The position numbers were made by a program, and so were the translations under genes. Below are positions 10,457-20,891 of a stretch of DNA of 61,716 nt, one piece after another. The stretch lies in NCBI GenBank assembly GCA_014653715.1, contig JACWEB010000003.1, forward strand, positions 1-61,716, in the 5' to 3' direction. Each line of letters opens with the position of its first letter. Positions within the stretch are counted from its first letter, which is position 1. This DNA is from Pelagibacterales bacterium SAG-MED31. GTDB lineage: Bacteria > Pseudomonadota > Alphaproteobacteria > HIMB59 > GCA-002718135. The notes below the pieces were generated by a model that had not been told where the DNA came from, did not search any database, and was given only the letters and a program-made list of their open reading frames with translations.

Positions 10457-10876
10457 ATGATTTTTAATATTTTAAAATCTTTACATATTTTTAGTGTTAT
10501 TGCTTGGATGGCTGGGTTGTTATATTTACCAAGAATCTTTATGTATCATGCTGATTCAAATATAACTAAAAAGACCTCAGAGACTTTTAAGGTTATGGAA
10601 AAAAAATTATTTACTATTATAATGACACCTGCTTTGTTACTGACATGGGTCAGCGGTCTATCTATGACGCATTATTTGGGTTTTGATTTTTGGTTAATAT
10701 TAAAGTTATTTTTTGTTGCATTATTAACTATTTATCATTTCCTATGCAGAAAATGGTTAAAAGATTTTGCCATTGATAATAACAAAATTGAATCTAAATT
10801 TTTTAGAATCACCAATGAAATTCCAGCTATTTTTTTAATTGCTATTATTATTTTGGTTGTTTTTAAACCTTTTTAA
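10457..10876 (+). CDS. hemJ: Protoporphyrinogen oxidase HemJ
   Basis: LHIFSVIAWMAGLLYLPRIFMYH, FRITNEIP, VVFKPF; start ATG 10457. Confidence 0.93.
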   Translation: MIFNILKSLHIFSVIAWMAGLLYLPRIFMYHADSNITKKTSETFKVMEKKLFTIIMTPALLLTWVSGLSMTHYLGFDFWLILKLFFVALLTIYHFLCRKWLKDFAIDNNKIESKFFRITNEIPAIFLIAIIILVVFKPF

Positions 10877-10877
10877 C

Positions 10878-11531
10878 TTAAGGTTTTTTAGTTTTTATTT
10901 GCTTTCCTCTTTTAGGATTGCAAGATTTGCAAATTTCACACTCAATACCATAACAGCTCCTAGCTTGACAATATTCTCTTCCATAAAATATTATTTGAAG
11001 ATGTAACTTATTCCATGATTTTTTTGGAAAAAGAAATTTTAGATCTTTTTCAGTTTGAACAACATTTTTGCCATTTGTTAGTCCCCATCGTTGTGCCAGT
11101 CTGTGTATATGAGTATCTACAGGAAATGCTGGATGGCCAAATCCTTGTGACATCACTACACTTGCAGTTTTATGACCGACGCCCGGTAATTTTTCTAATT
11201 CTTCAAAACTTTCAGGAACTCTCCCTTTAAATTTTTTTACAAGTATTCTTGATAGCTCATAAATTGCTTTTGATTTTTGTGGAGCTAAGCCACATGGACG
11301 AATAATTTTATAAATAGTATTTTTTTGGATACCTATCATTTTCTTAGCTGTATTTGCTTTTTTAAACAATATTGGTGTTACTTGATTAACTCGTTGATCG
11401 GTACACTGAGCACTCAATAATACAGCAATAACTAATTCAAATTTATTTCTATGCTTTAGAGGAATTGGAACTTTTTTATAAATTCTATTTAATATTTTAT
11501 GGACTATGTGTGCTTTTTCAGATCTTTTCAC
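10878..11531 (-). CDS. nth: Endonuclease III
   Basis: LLSAQCTD, LPGVGHKTA (HhH), VDTHIHR, C-terminal Cys cluster. Confidence 0.95.
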   Translation of the reverse strand: MKRSEKAHIVHKILNRIYKKVPIPLKHRNKFELVIAVLLSAQCTDQRVNQVTPILFKKANTAKKMIGIQKNTIYKIIRPCGLAPQKSKAIYELSRILVKKFKGRVPESFEELEKLPGVGHKTASVVMSQGFGHPAFPVDTHIHRLAQRWGLTNGKNVVQTEKDLKFLFPKKSWNKLHLQIIFYGREYCQARSCYGIECEICKSCNPKRGKQIKTKKP

Positions 11532-11676
11532 AATGCTTATTTTCTCCTAAATATAGTCACTTTCTAGTAATACAAAAAATTAAGACAAAATATAGCATTT
11601 ATTCAAACTAATAATATTGAATATTTTTAGTGAAGTAGTATGGGTTCATTATCAAATTTCTATGGAGGAAATAAAA

Positions 11677-13251
11677 ATGAAAAAATTAATTAATATTCTT
11701 TTGGTATTGGTTATGTCAGGTTTTGTTTCAACTTCATTTGCCGCTTCATTAAAGTGGTCAATGCCAGGTGACTCATTAACCTTAGATCCACATGCTCAAA
11801 ATGAAGGACCAACACACATGGTTTCTCGACAAGTATATGAAGGACTAGTAACTCCAGGTATTAACATGGAAATACTCCCACAACTTGCAGAGTCATGGGA
11901 GGCTACTAGTGCAGATATTTGGATATTTAATATTCGTAAAGGAGTTAAATTTCATGACGGCTCAGATCTTGATGCAAGAGATATAGCCTTCAGTATTAAT
12001 AGAGCTAAAACAGCACCATCTGATATGGTAGATTTAATCAAAAGTATTAAATCAGCATCAGCAATTGATGATCATACTGTTGTAATTAACACTAATGGAC
12101 CAAATCCACTTCTTTTAAACCAACTTACACAAATATTTGTAATGTCTGAAGCTTGGGCAAAAGCCAACAGTTGTGAAGTATCATACAACTGGGATGCTGG
12201 CGAAACTTCTTACTGTGCTTCCAATGCAAACGGTACTGGACCTTTTAAAATCACTTTTAGAGAACAGGACGTAAGAACTGTTTTCGAAAAAAATAATGAT
12301 TGGTGGGGAGATCATAGCACTCATAATTTAGATCAAATAGAACTACTTCCAATTAAAAATGACGCAACAAGAGTTGCAGCACTTCTCTCTGGTGAAATTG
12401 ATTATACTAATATTGTACCAGTTCAAGATATAGATAGAATTAAATCTTCTTCTAGTCATACGGTAAAATCAACACCATCAAATAGAACAATATTCTTTGG
12501 AATGGATCAAGGCTCAGCTGAACTTAACTCATCAAATATTAAAGGTAAAAATCCTTTTGCTGATAAAAGAGTTCGTTTAGCAATGTACCATGCGTTAGAT
12601 ATGGAAGCTATTAAGGATAAAGTTATGAGAGGACAAAGTGCTCCTGCTGGTATTATTACTGCACCAGGTATCAATGGGCACACACCGGAACGTGATCAAA
12701 GACTTCCTTATGATCCAGAACTGTCAAAAAAATTATTGGCAGAAGCAGGTTATCCTGATGGATTTGAGCTTACATTAGACTGTCCTAATGATCGTTATAT
12801 TAATGACGAGGCTATTTGTGTAGCTGCTATTGGTATGTTTGCGAAAATTGGTGTTACAGTAAATCTTGATGCCAAAACTAAAAGTCAACACTTCTCTGAA
12901 ATTAAAGAAGGTGATTCAAATGGTATGACAAGTGATATGTATATGTTAGGTTGGGGAGTTCCAACTTTTGACAGTGAATATGTATACTCATATTTATTTG
13001 ATAGTGCTGGTAGCTGGAATAAAGTAAATTTTAGTAATGCTAGAGTGGATGAGTTAGTTGCATCAATGAAGATTGAAACAGACTTAGATAAAAGAAATGC
13101 TATGATTGCAGAAGCTTGGGATATTACTCAAGATGATGTAACATACTTACCTTTACATCACCAAGTTGCAAATCAGGCATCTAAAAGTAATGTCGATGTT
13201 CCAATTAGAATGAACAATGAACCATTATTTAGGTTTACTAACGTAAACTAA
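11677..13251 (+). CDS. ABC transporter substrate-binding protein, family 5 (DppA/OppA-like)
   Basis: Signal peptide; TLDPH, YEGLV, LAESW, GVKFHDG, NGTGPF, DKRVRLAM, LLAEAGY; GGAGG Shine-Dalgarno at 11664-11668 supports ATG 11677. Confidence 0.95.
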   Translation: MKKLINILLVLVMSGFVSTSFAASLKWSMPGDSLTLDPHAQNEGPTHMVSRQVYEGLVTPGINMEILPQLAESWEATSADIWIFNIRKGVKFHDGSDLDARDIAFSINRAKTAPSDMVDLIKSIKSASAIDDHTVVINTNGPNPLLLNQLTQIFVMSEAWAKANSCEVSYNWDAGETSYCASNANGTGPFKITFREQDVRTVFEKNNDWWGDHSTHNLDQIELLPIKNDATRVAALLSGEIDYTNIVPVQDIDRIKSSSSHTVKSTPSNRTIFFGMDQGSAELNSSNIKGKNPFADKRVRLAMYHALDMEAIKDKVMRGQSAPAGIITAPGINGHTPERDQRLPYDPELSKKLLAEAGYPDGFELTLDCPNDRYINDEAICVAAIGMFAKIGVTVNLDAKTKSQHFSEIKEGDSNGMTSDMYMLGWGVPTFDSEYVYSYLFDSAGSWNKVNFSNARVDELVASMKIETDLDKRNAMIAEAWDITQDDVTYLPLHHQVANQASKSNVDVPIRMNNEPLFRFTNVN

Positions 13252-13265
13252 AATTAACTTATAAT

Positions 13266-13294
13266 TTTTGGCCAGAGTAATACTCTGGCCAAAA
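13266..13294 (+). terminator. Stem-loop after the substrate-binding protein gene (terminator or mRNA-stabilising hairpin)
   Basis: ttttggccagagt-aat-actctggccaaaa, perfect 13-bp stem. Confidence 0.75.
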
Positions 13295-13302
13295 TTCACA
13301 CA

Positions 13303-14280
13303 ATGATCAGCTATTTTTTCAAAAGACTACTCCAATCTATTCTTGTTATGTTTGTTGTTGCTTTTGTTTCATTTTCACTTTTTAATTTTGTTGGTGATCC
13401 TGTTAACAGCATGACAGGGGAAGATGCTTCGGATGAAAGAAGGGCTGAAGTAAGAGAGATATTAGGGTTAAATGATCCTGTCTATATTCAATTTTCTAGA
13501 TTTGTTGGCAATATAGTTCAAGGAAATTTTGGTATTTCTTATCAATTAAAAAGAGAAGTTTCTGATTTAATAGGTGAAAGATTACCAGCAACTCTTGAGT
13601 TAGTTTTTGTGTCTGCAATGCTAGCTATAATAATAGGAACAATTTTAGGAGTCTATACAGGTATTCATAGAGATAGTTATTTATCAAATATTATTCTCGT
13701 TGTGTCTCTAGCTGGTGTTTCCCTCCCCACATTCATCATTGGTATTATGCTAATATACTTATTCTCAGTTATCTTAGGCATTCTTCCATCTTTTGGAAGA
13801 GGAGAGGTTACTGATTTGGGTTTTTGGACAACAGGATTTTTAACTATCTCTGGTTTAAAAGCTCTTATACTTCCATCCATTACCTTAAGTTTATTTCAAA
13901 TGACTTATGTAATAAGACTAGTCAGAGCTGAAATGATGGAAATATTACAAACTGATTATATTAAATTTGCAAGAGCAAGAGGAATAAAAAATAACATAAT
14001 TAACTATAAGCACGCACTCAAAAATGGCTTAATACCTGTCATAACAATAACAGGTATTAATATTGGTACTTTAATTGCCTTTTCTATAATTACAGAAACA
14101 GTTTTTCAATGGCCTGGTATGGGCTCCCTATTTATTAACGCCGTATACTTTGTCGATATACCCATCATGTCTGCTTATATGATTATGGTGGCTTTTATTT
14201 TTGTAATGATAAATTTTATAGTTGATATCACTTATTATTTTATTGATCCAAGAATTAGACTTAAAGAAGAAAGCAATTAA
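13303..14280 (+). CDS. Peptide/nickel ABC transporter permease (DppB-like)
   Basis: GDP, RLPATLEL, DYIKFARARG (EAA motif), ETVFQWPGMG, IDPRI. Confidence 0.93.
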   Translation: MISYFFKRLLQSILVMFVVAFVSFSLFNFVGDPVNSMTGEDASDERRAEVREILGLNDPVYIQFSRFVGNIVQGNFGISYQLKREVSDLIGERLPATLELVFVSAMLAIIIGTILGVYTGIHRDSYLSNIILVVSLAGVSLPTFIIGIMLIYLFSVILGILPSFGRGEVTDLGFWTTGFLTISGLKALILPSITLSLFQMTYVIRLVRAEMMEILQTDYIKFARARGIKNNIINYKHALKNGLIPVITITGINIGTLIAFSIITETVFQWPGMGSLFINAVYFVDIPIMSAYMIMVAFIFVMINFIVDITYYFIDPRIRLKEESN

Positions 14281-14282
14281 TT

Positions 14283-15206
14283 ATGATTAAGCAAACTTTT
14301 AATAAAATTTATGATACTGATATAGGCTATAGTTTCTTTAATTCAAAAATTGCTATTATTTCATCAAGTATTTTTTTTATAATTTTTCTTTGCTCTTTTT
14401 TTGCAGGAATAATTGCACCTTACAATCCTTTTGATCCTGCAAGTGTTTCTTTGATGGATGCTTTTACACCACCTGTATGGTCAGATGGAGGAAGTGCAAG
14501 TTTTTTTCTGGGAACTGATCAGCAAGGACGGGATATGTTTTCTACAATGATTTATGGTTCAAGAATTTCTCTGATCGTTGGTTTTGCTTCAATTTTGTTT
14601 GCTATGATATTAGGGGTCTTTCTTGGTGTAACTGCAGGATATATAGGTGGTAGATATGAAATAATTATAATGCGCATTACAGATATACAATTAACAATAC
14701 CAACCATTTTGATGGCTTTATTAGTAGATGGAATAGCTAGAGCAGTAATTTCCCGATCAATGCATGATGAGATGGCAATTTATGTTTTAATCTTTGCCAT
14801 TGGTATTTCTGAATGGCCTCAGTTTGCTAGAGTTACCAGAGCATCAACTCTGGTTGAAAAAAATAAAGAGTACGTTTCTGCATCTAGGATCATTGGTTTA
14901 TCAAATATAATTATAATGTTTAAACATATATTACCTAATATTCTTAGACCTATTCTAGTAATTGCAACAATTGGTTTAGCTTTAGCTATTATAACAGAGT
15001 CAACATTGAGTTTTTTAGGAGTTGGGGTGCCACCAACAACACCTTCTTTAGGAACACTTATTAGATTTGGAAATAATTTTTTATTTTCTGGTGAGTGGTG
15101 GATAACTTTTTTTCCTGCTATTTTTCTTGTAGTCTTAGCTTTATCTATTAATCTTTTAGGAGATTGGATGAGAGATGCCTTAAATCCAAAATTAAAAAAG
15201 AGATGA
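14283..15206 (+). CDS. Peptide/nickel ABC transporter permease (DppC-like)
   Basis: LGTDQQGRD, YGSRISL, HILPN, LSFLGVG, LLGDWMRDALNP. Confidence 0.93.
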   Translation: MIKQTFNKIYDTDIGYSFFNSKIAIISSSIFFIIFLCSFFAGIIAPYNPFDPASVSLMDAFTPPVWSDGGSASFFLGTDQQGRDMFSTMIYGSRISLIVGFASILFAMILGVFLGVTAGYIGGRYEIIIMRITDIQLTIPTILMALLVDGIARAVISRSMHDEMAIYVLIFAIGISEWPQFARVTRASTLVEKNKEYVSASRIIGLSNIIIMFKHILPNILRPILVIATIGLALAIITESTLSFLGVGVPPTTPSLGTLIRFGNNFLFSGEWWITFFPAIFLVVLALSINLLGDWMRDALNPKLKKR

Positions 15207-16903
15207 GTTTATTAGAAATTAAAAATTTAAACATTAGTTATAAAACTAGAAAAGAAACTATAGTTGCTAGTAGTAATGTTAATTTTACATTAGAGAGAGG
15301 TGAAATACTAGGTATCGTTGGTGAGTCTGGATCTGGTAAATCAACTATAGCTAATGCAATTATTAATTTAATTGATCCACCTGGGCAAATTACTGACGGT
15401 ATAATAAAAATAGACAATAAAGAATTACAAAATAATGAAGAAATCATTCAAAAAATAAGAGGAAAAAAAATAGGATTTGTTTTTCAAGATCCACAAACCT
15501 CATTAAATCCACTTTTTAAAATAAAAGATCAATTAATAGAAACAATACAAACACATCTAAGTGTATCTTACGATGAGGCTCTAAAAAAATCTATTAATCT
15601 TCTTGAAGAAGTTGGGATAGAAAACGCAACTAAAAGAATTGAAGATTATCCTCATCAATTTAGCGGAGGTATGCGTCAACGGGTTGTTATTGCTTTAGCA
15701 ATAAGTTGTGAGCCAGATCTAATAATAGCAGATGAACCAACAACTGCATTAGATGTTAGTATTCAATATCAAATCTTAGAATTATTAAAAGAACTTACAA
15801 TAAAAAGAAATTTAGGAGTTATTATTATTACTCATGATATGGGGGTGATTGCTGAAACTACAAATAAAGTGATTGTTATGCGTCATGGATTAATAGTGGA
15901 GCAAGGCAAGACTAAGGATTTGCTAACTAACCCAAAATCTACAGAAGCACGAAGTTTAGTTATATCAGTTCCGCCAACAAATAAAAAAATTGAAAGATTT
16001 AAACTCATTGGTCCTGATGGTTCAGAAATTACATCAAGTTCTACTAATTTAACAAAAAATATTATTAAAACTTGGGGGGTAAGAAAAAATACTAATCAAA
16101 AATTATTAGAGTTAAAAAATATAACAAAGGTTTTTGATGATCAGTCTATCTCTTATAGAAAAAAAATAGATGAAAATGCAGTTAAGGCAGTAAATAATGT
16201 TTCATTTAAGTTATTTGAGGGAGAAACACTCGGTTTAGTTGGAGAATCAGGTTCTGGTAAATCAACAATTGCTAAAATCATTACTGGGCTAGTTAGGCCA
16301 TCAGTTGGTGAGCTGGAGTATAATGGTTTGCCACTTTATAACTCAAAAAGAAAGTATCAAATTGACAAGAGTAGGGGTCAAATACAAATGATTTTCCAAG
16401 ACCCATATTCATCATTAAATCCAAGATTTAAAGTAAAGGATATTATCGCTGAACCAATTAAATTTTTTCAAAAAAGTATTATGAAAAATGACTTGGAGCA
16501 AAACGTTAATGATTTAATTGATATTGTCGGAATGACTAGAAAATCTTTGGATCGATACCCCCATGAATTTTCAGGTGGACAAAGGCAAAGAATTTCAATT
16601 GCAAGAGCACTAGCAACAAGGCCAAGATTATTAATATGTGATGAACCAACATCAGCTCTAGATGTAAGTATTCAAGCACAAATATTAAACCTACTAAAAG
16701 ATATTCAAGACGAATTACATTTAACAATGCTATTTATTAGCCATGATCTTCCTGTCATCAGACAAATGTGCAATAGAATAATAGTATTAAAAAATGGTAT
16801 TGTGTGTGAGACAAATGAGACTGAAAAGTTATTTAATGATCCTACACATAAATATACAAAAGAATTAATAAACTTAATGCCAAAAATTGAATCAATTATT
16901 TAA
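15203..16903 (+). CDS. ABC transporter ATP-binding protein with two fused NBDs (DppD/DppF-like)
   Basis: Two GESGSGKST Walker A, two SGG signatures, two DEPT motifs; start ATG 15203. Confidence 0.95.
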   Translation: MSLLEIKNLNISYKTRKETIVASSNVNFTLERGEILGIVGESGSGKSTIANAIINLIDPPGQITDGIIKIDNKELQNNEEIIQKIRGKKIGFVFQDPQTSLNPLFKIKDQLIETIQTHLSVSYDEALKKSINLLEEVGIENATKRIEDYPHQFSGGMRQRVVIALAISCEPDLIIADEPTTALDVSIQYQILELLKELTIKRNLGVIIITHDMGVIAETTNKVIVMRHGLIVEQGKTKDLLTNPKSTEARSLVISVPPTNKKIERFKLIGPDGSEITSSSTNLTKNIIKTWGVRKNTNQKLLELKNITKVFDDQSISYRKKIDENAVKAVNNVSFKLFEGETLGLVGESGSGKSTIAKIITGLVRPSVGELEYNGLPLYNSKRKYQIDKSRGQIQMIFQDPYSSLNPRFKVKDIIAEPIKFFQKSIMKNDLEQNVNDLIDIVGMTRKSLDRYPHEFSGGQRQRISIARALATRPRLLICDEPTSALDVSIQAQILNLLKDIQDELHLTMLFISHDLPVIRQMCNRIIVLKNGIVCETNETEKLFNDPTHKYTKELINLMPKIESII

Positions 16904-16920
16904 TATAATTTGCCCATAAA

Positions 16921-17355
16921 ATGATTTACATTTCTTTATTTACAGTTGCATTTATGGTTGCAACAATAATACCTTTTGGATCTGAGGCATACTTTATTGC
17001 TTTACTATCTTTAGGAGATTATAATAATTTACTTTTATTGTTAGCTGCCTCATCTGGAAATGTACTTGGCTCATTATTTAATTGGATTTGTGGATTTTAT
17101 GTTAACTATTTTATTAAAAAACAATGGTTTCCAATAAATAATAAAATGATAGATAAAGGTAACAAGTTATTTAACAGATATGGCAAATGGTCTCTTTTGT
17201 TATCTTGGGTGCCGTTTATTGGAGATCCAATTACCTTCGTAGCAGGAACTCTACGATATCCAATAATTCCATTTTTAGTTTTGGTAAGTATTGGAAAAGT
17301 TGGAAGATATTTGCTAATATATTTGTCCATAATATGGGCAATTAATTATTTTTAA
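16921..17355 (+). CDS. YqaA/DedA-family membrane protein
   Basis: ATIIPFGSE, GNVLGS, LLSWVPFIGDP, GKVGRY. Confidence 0.85.
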   Translation: MIYISLFTVAFMVATIIPFGSEAYFIALLSLGDYNNLLLLLAASSGNVLGSLFNWICGFYVNYFIKKQWFPINNKMIDKGNKLFNRYGKWSLLLSWVPFIGDPITFVAGTLRYPIIPFLVLVSIGKVGRYLLIYLSIIWAINYF

Positions 17356-17356
17356 A

Positions 17357-18316
17357 ATGAATAATACGTTTTTTCTTTTAGTTTTTTTTATCGGTTTTTT
17401 TTGTGGAGTTGGTGTGCTAATTTCTATTAGATTTTTTTTACCCAAAAATAATAATAAACAAAATGAAAGTGAAATTGTTTCACTAAAACAACATATGGAG
17501 TCAATTCAATTATCATTACAAAACTTTAATTTAGCTCAAAATAGACTAGAAAACACTCTAGTTCGTGGAGGATCACAACAACAAGGTTCGTGGGGTGAAT
17601 TTGTTCTAAAAAATATTTTAGATGGTGTTGGATTAAGAGAAGGGCATGAATATGAAACTCAAAAAGCTTTTACAGATGAAAATGGAAATCTTCAAAAACC
17701 AGATGTCATTGTGCGCATGCCAGGTAATAGAGATATTGTAATAGACTCTAAGGTTCCTTTAAGTGCATGGCATGATTTTTCTAATTCTAATGATCATAAT
17801 CAAAAAAAAATATTTTTAAAAAAATTTTTAGAATCTATCAAAAATTTTGTCAGAGACTTAGGTAAAGATGATTATGCTTCTTTATATCAAATTAATTCTA
17901 TTGACTCTGTGTTAATGTTTATTCCTATCGAACCAGCTTTGTTGACATTGTACAATGAATCAGAGGATTTAATAGAAAAAGCTTGGCAAAAAAAAATTAT
18001 AATTGTCGGACCTTCAACTTTACCTTTTCTATTAAAAGCTATTGAAAATATGTGGCGTATTGATAAGCAGTCTAAGACTATTAAAGATATAGCAGCTACA
18101 GCTAGTGAAATTTATGATAAGGCAGTTAATGTATATGAGTCTTTTAATACCGTTAACCTATCTTTAGATAAAGCCAGATTAAAAATGGATGAAGCTAAAT
18201 CCCGTCTTCAGGACGGACCAGGTAGTCTAACAAAAAAAGTAGAAAAGATGAAAAAACTTGGAAGATTAAATACAAAAAAACAGTTGCCAGAAGATTCTGG
18301 CAATGCAATAGATTGA
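17357..18316 (+). CDS. rmuC: DNA recombination protein RmuC (short form)
   Basis: N-terminal TM; GSWGE, KPDVIVRMP, IDSKVP, MFIPIE, VGPSTL. Confidence 0.88.
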   Translation: MNNTFFLLVFFIGFFCGVGVLISIRFFLPKNNNKQNESEIVSLKQHMESIQLSLQNFNLAQNRLENTLVRGGSQQQGSWGEFVLKNILDGVGLREGHEYETQKAFTDENGNLQKPDVIVRMPGNRDIVIDSKVPLSAWHDFSNSNDHNQKKIFLKKFLESIKNFVRDLGKDDYASLYQINSIDSVLMFIPIEPALLTLYNESEDLIEKAWQKKIIIVGPSTLPFLLKAIENMWRIDKQSKTIKDIAATASEIYDKAVNVYESFNTVNLSLDKARLKMDEAKSRLQDGPGSLTKKVEKMKKLGRLNTKKQLPEDSGNAID

Positions 18317-18323
18317 ATTAAAT

Positions 18324-18809
18324 ATGCCAAGTTTTGATATTGTTAGTAGAGTAGATTTTCAAGAGATTGATAATGCTATTGCCAATGCCCTTAGGGAAAT
18401 TACTAATCGCTATGATTTTAAAGGCTCTAATACTACCCTTGAGAGAAGCGAAAAAGTAATTACAATAGTCACTGATGATGATTTAAAATTATCTCAAGTA
18501 AATGATATTTTAATATCACATTTTGTGAGAAGAAAGTTAGATCCATTAGCATTAGGAAAAAAAGATAAAGAAAAAGCTGGTGGTGATAGAATTAGACAAA
18601 CCATATCTTTAGTTGAAGGCATTGAGCAAGATATTGCTAAAAAAATAACTTCAGAAATTAAAAGTTCAAAAATGAAAATTCAGGCTAAAATAAATGGAAA
18701 TGAACTTAGAATTGATGGAAAAAAAAGAGATGATTTACAATCTGCAATGCAATTGATTGAAGATTTACAAGTTGGAATACCAGTTCAGTTTATAAATTTT
18801 AGAGATTAA
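18324..18809 (+). CDS. yajQ: YajQ family nucleotide-binding protein
   Basis: MPSFDIVS, RYDFKGS, GKKRDDLQ, QFINFRD. Confidence 0.95.
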   Translation: MPSFDIVSRVDFQEIDNAIANALREITNRYDFKGSNTTLERSEKVITIVTDDDLKLSQVNDILISHFVRRKLDPLALGKKDKEKAGGDRIRQTISLVEGIEQDIAKKITSEIKSSKMKIQAKINGNELRIDGKKRDDLQSAMQLIEDLQVGIPVQFINFRD

Positions 18810-18814
18810 TTGAA

Positions 18815-19423
18815 GTGATAACATGGGAGTTAATCTTAGCTTTAGCAGTATATAATTTTATTATGTATGCCACCCCAGGTCCCAATAATAGTATTCTGAC
18901 AACTTCTGGAATTAAATTTGGATTCACTAAATCGATTCCAAATATATTTGGAATACCTACAGGTCATGGATTGCAGTTAGCTTTAGTGTGTCTTGGTTTA
19001 GGAGCATTGTTTATAAAATACCCAATTCTTTTTGATATTTTAAGATATGTAGGCTCTGCTTATATACTTTATCTTGCTTATAAAATGTTTGGTTCCCTTA
19101 ATATTGCCAAAACAGAAGATAGATCGCGTCCATTAAAATATTATGAAGCTATTCTTTTTCAGTTTGTTAACCCTAAGGCTTGGGTAATTTGCTCTACAGC
19201 AGTAACTTTATATTATCCAAAAAATGAAAATATTATTATAGGAACTCTGTTTATGGTCATCATGTCGACTGTAGTTAATATCCCTTCAATTAGTATATGG
19301 GCTTATGGTGGGAGTGTTATTAGAAATTATTTGAGTAATAAAAGACTAAAAAAATTTATTGAGTCAATATTGGCAATACTTCTGATTGCTACAGCAGTTT
19401 CAGTATTTTTTTATAATCCTTAA
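18815..19423 (+). CDS. LysE/RhtB family amino acid exporter
   Basis: TPGPNN, GSAYILYLA, FQFVNPKAW. Confidence 0.9.
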   Translation: MITWELILALAVYNFIMYATPGPNNSILTTSGIKFGFTKSIPNIFGIPTGHGLQLALVCLGLGALFIKYPILFDILRYVGSAYILYLAYKMFGSLNIAKTEDRSRPLKYYEAILFQFVNPKAWVICSTAVTLYYPKNENIIIGTLFMVIMSTVVNIPSISIWAYGGSVIRNYLSNKRLKKFIESILAILLIATAVSVFFYNP

Positions 19424-20043
19424 GGAATTGGTATTTCATTAAAATCGCCAATAACATTATAACCTTTTATAACAGCAGCTCTTTTAGATATATTAATATA
19501 CCAACGAAGCACGTTGGGATAATTTTTTAAATTAATTTGATGTCTTTCAAATCTAGCAACCCATGGCCAAACTGCAATATCTGCAATTGAATAATTATTA
19601 CAAATATAATTATTTTTAGATAACTGACCATCTAAAATTTGATAAACATTTTTAGAGTACCCTTTAGATTTTTCCTCAGCAAATTTACTTTTACCCTTGT
19701 GATAAAAAAGATATTGATGAGCTTGACCAAGCATTGGACCAACATATGCCATTTGAAAGAATAACCACTGAACTACATTCCAATAATCTTTTTGATTTAA
19801 GAATTTATTATATTTTTTAGCAAGGTAAAGAAGGATAGCACCTGATTCGAAAATGGTTTGATTACTCTCTTTATCAACGATTACTGGAATTTTATTTGTT
19901 GGAGAGATTTTTGAAAATTCAGGTAAAAATTGTTCTTTTTTATCTAAACTGATAAGTATGGGGTTATAATCTATTTCTAATTCTTCAAGCAATATGGTAA
20001 TTTTTCGACCATTTGGTGTGGAAGAGGAATATAAATCTATCAT
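19420..20043 (-). CDS. Glutathione S-transferase (YfcG/YghU-like)
   Basis: TPNGRK, NKIPVI, FESGAILLYLA, YSIADIAVWPW. Confidence 0.92.
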   Translation of the reverse strand: MIDLYSSSTPNGRKITILLEELEIDYNPILISLDKKEQFLPEFSKISPTNKIPVIVDKESNQTIFESGAILLYLAKKYNKFLNQKDYWNVVQWLFFQMAYVGPMLGQAHQYLFYHKGKSKFAEEKSKGYSKNVYQILDGQLSKNNYICNNYSIADIAVWPWVARFERHQINLKNYPNVLRWYINISKRAAVIKGYNVIGDFNEIPIP

Positions 20044-20081
20044 TTTTTAGAATTTAATAATTTTACGACTATATAGGATAT

Positions 20082-20315
20082 GTGGAATATTCAACAGATA
20101 ATATAATTAAACTTGCATGGAGTGATAGAGTTTCATTTGAAAAAATTGAACGACTACATGGAAAAAATGAATCAGAAGTAATCAAAATAATGAGAAAAAA
20201 TTTAAAGCCAAAATCTTTTAAAATATGGAGAGAGAGGGTAAGTGGCAGAACAAGAAAGCATGAAAAAAAAAGGTCTCTTTCATTCAAACCTTTTCGATTT
20301 GATGACTATGTATAA
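20082..20315 (+). CDS. Small conserved protein, TIGR03643/DUF2805-like
   Basis: IIKLAWSDRVSFEKI, ESEVIKIMR, LKPKSFKIWRERVSGR pattern. Confidence 0.75.
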   Translation: MEYSTDNIIKLAWSDRVSFEKIERLHGKNESEVIKIMRKNLKPKSFKIWRERVSGRTRKHEKKRSLSFKPFRFDDYV

Positions 20316-20853
20316 GATTATATTTACTTATTTATTTTTTTTAACAATATCATCATTTTTATATGCAGATCAAAATGATAAAAGATTAAATTATTTATTT
20401 GATAAACTAGTAGTTGCCGAAGAAGAAAAAGAAATAAATAAAATAACCAATCAAATTTGGAAAATTTGGCATGAAATTGATGATCCTAAAACAACTAGAG
20501 AGTTTGAAACTGGTGTTCAAATGATGAATTTAGGATATTTCAAAAGATCAATTGATTATTTTGATAAAGTAATAAACAAAAATCAAAACTTTGCTGAAGC
20601 TTGGAATAAGAGAGCAACTGCTCATTTTATGATGGGTAATTTTGACTTATCAATGCAAGATATTAGCAAAACTTTACAGTTAGAACCCAGACATTTTGGA
20701 GCTTTAGATGGTATGGGATTAATATATATTCATCTTAATCAACCTGATAAAGCAATTGATATTTATAATAAAATGTTAGAAATTTTTCCTAACAGTATTT
20801 CAACAAAAATGAAAATAGAAAGAATTTTATCTCGTAAAACTCAATCCACTTAA
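20308..20853 (+). CDS. Exported tetratricopeptide-repeat protein
   Basis: Signal peptide from ATG 20308; FAEAWNKRAT, LEPRHFGALDGMG TPR motifs. Confidence 0.85.
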   Translation: MYKIIFTYLFFLTISSFLYADQNDKRLNYLFDKLVVAEEEKEINKITNQIWKIWHEIDDPKTTREFETGVQMMNLGYFKRSIDYFDKVINKNQNFAEAWNKRATAHFMMGNFDLSMQDISKTLQLEPRHFGALDGMGLIYIHLNQPDKAIDIYNKMLEIFPNSISTKMKIERILSRKTQST

Positions 20854-20891
20854 AAAATAAATTTTATAAAATTACAATTAAGAAAATAGGT

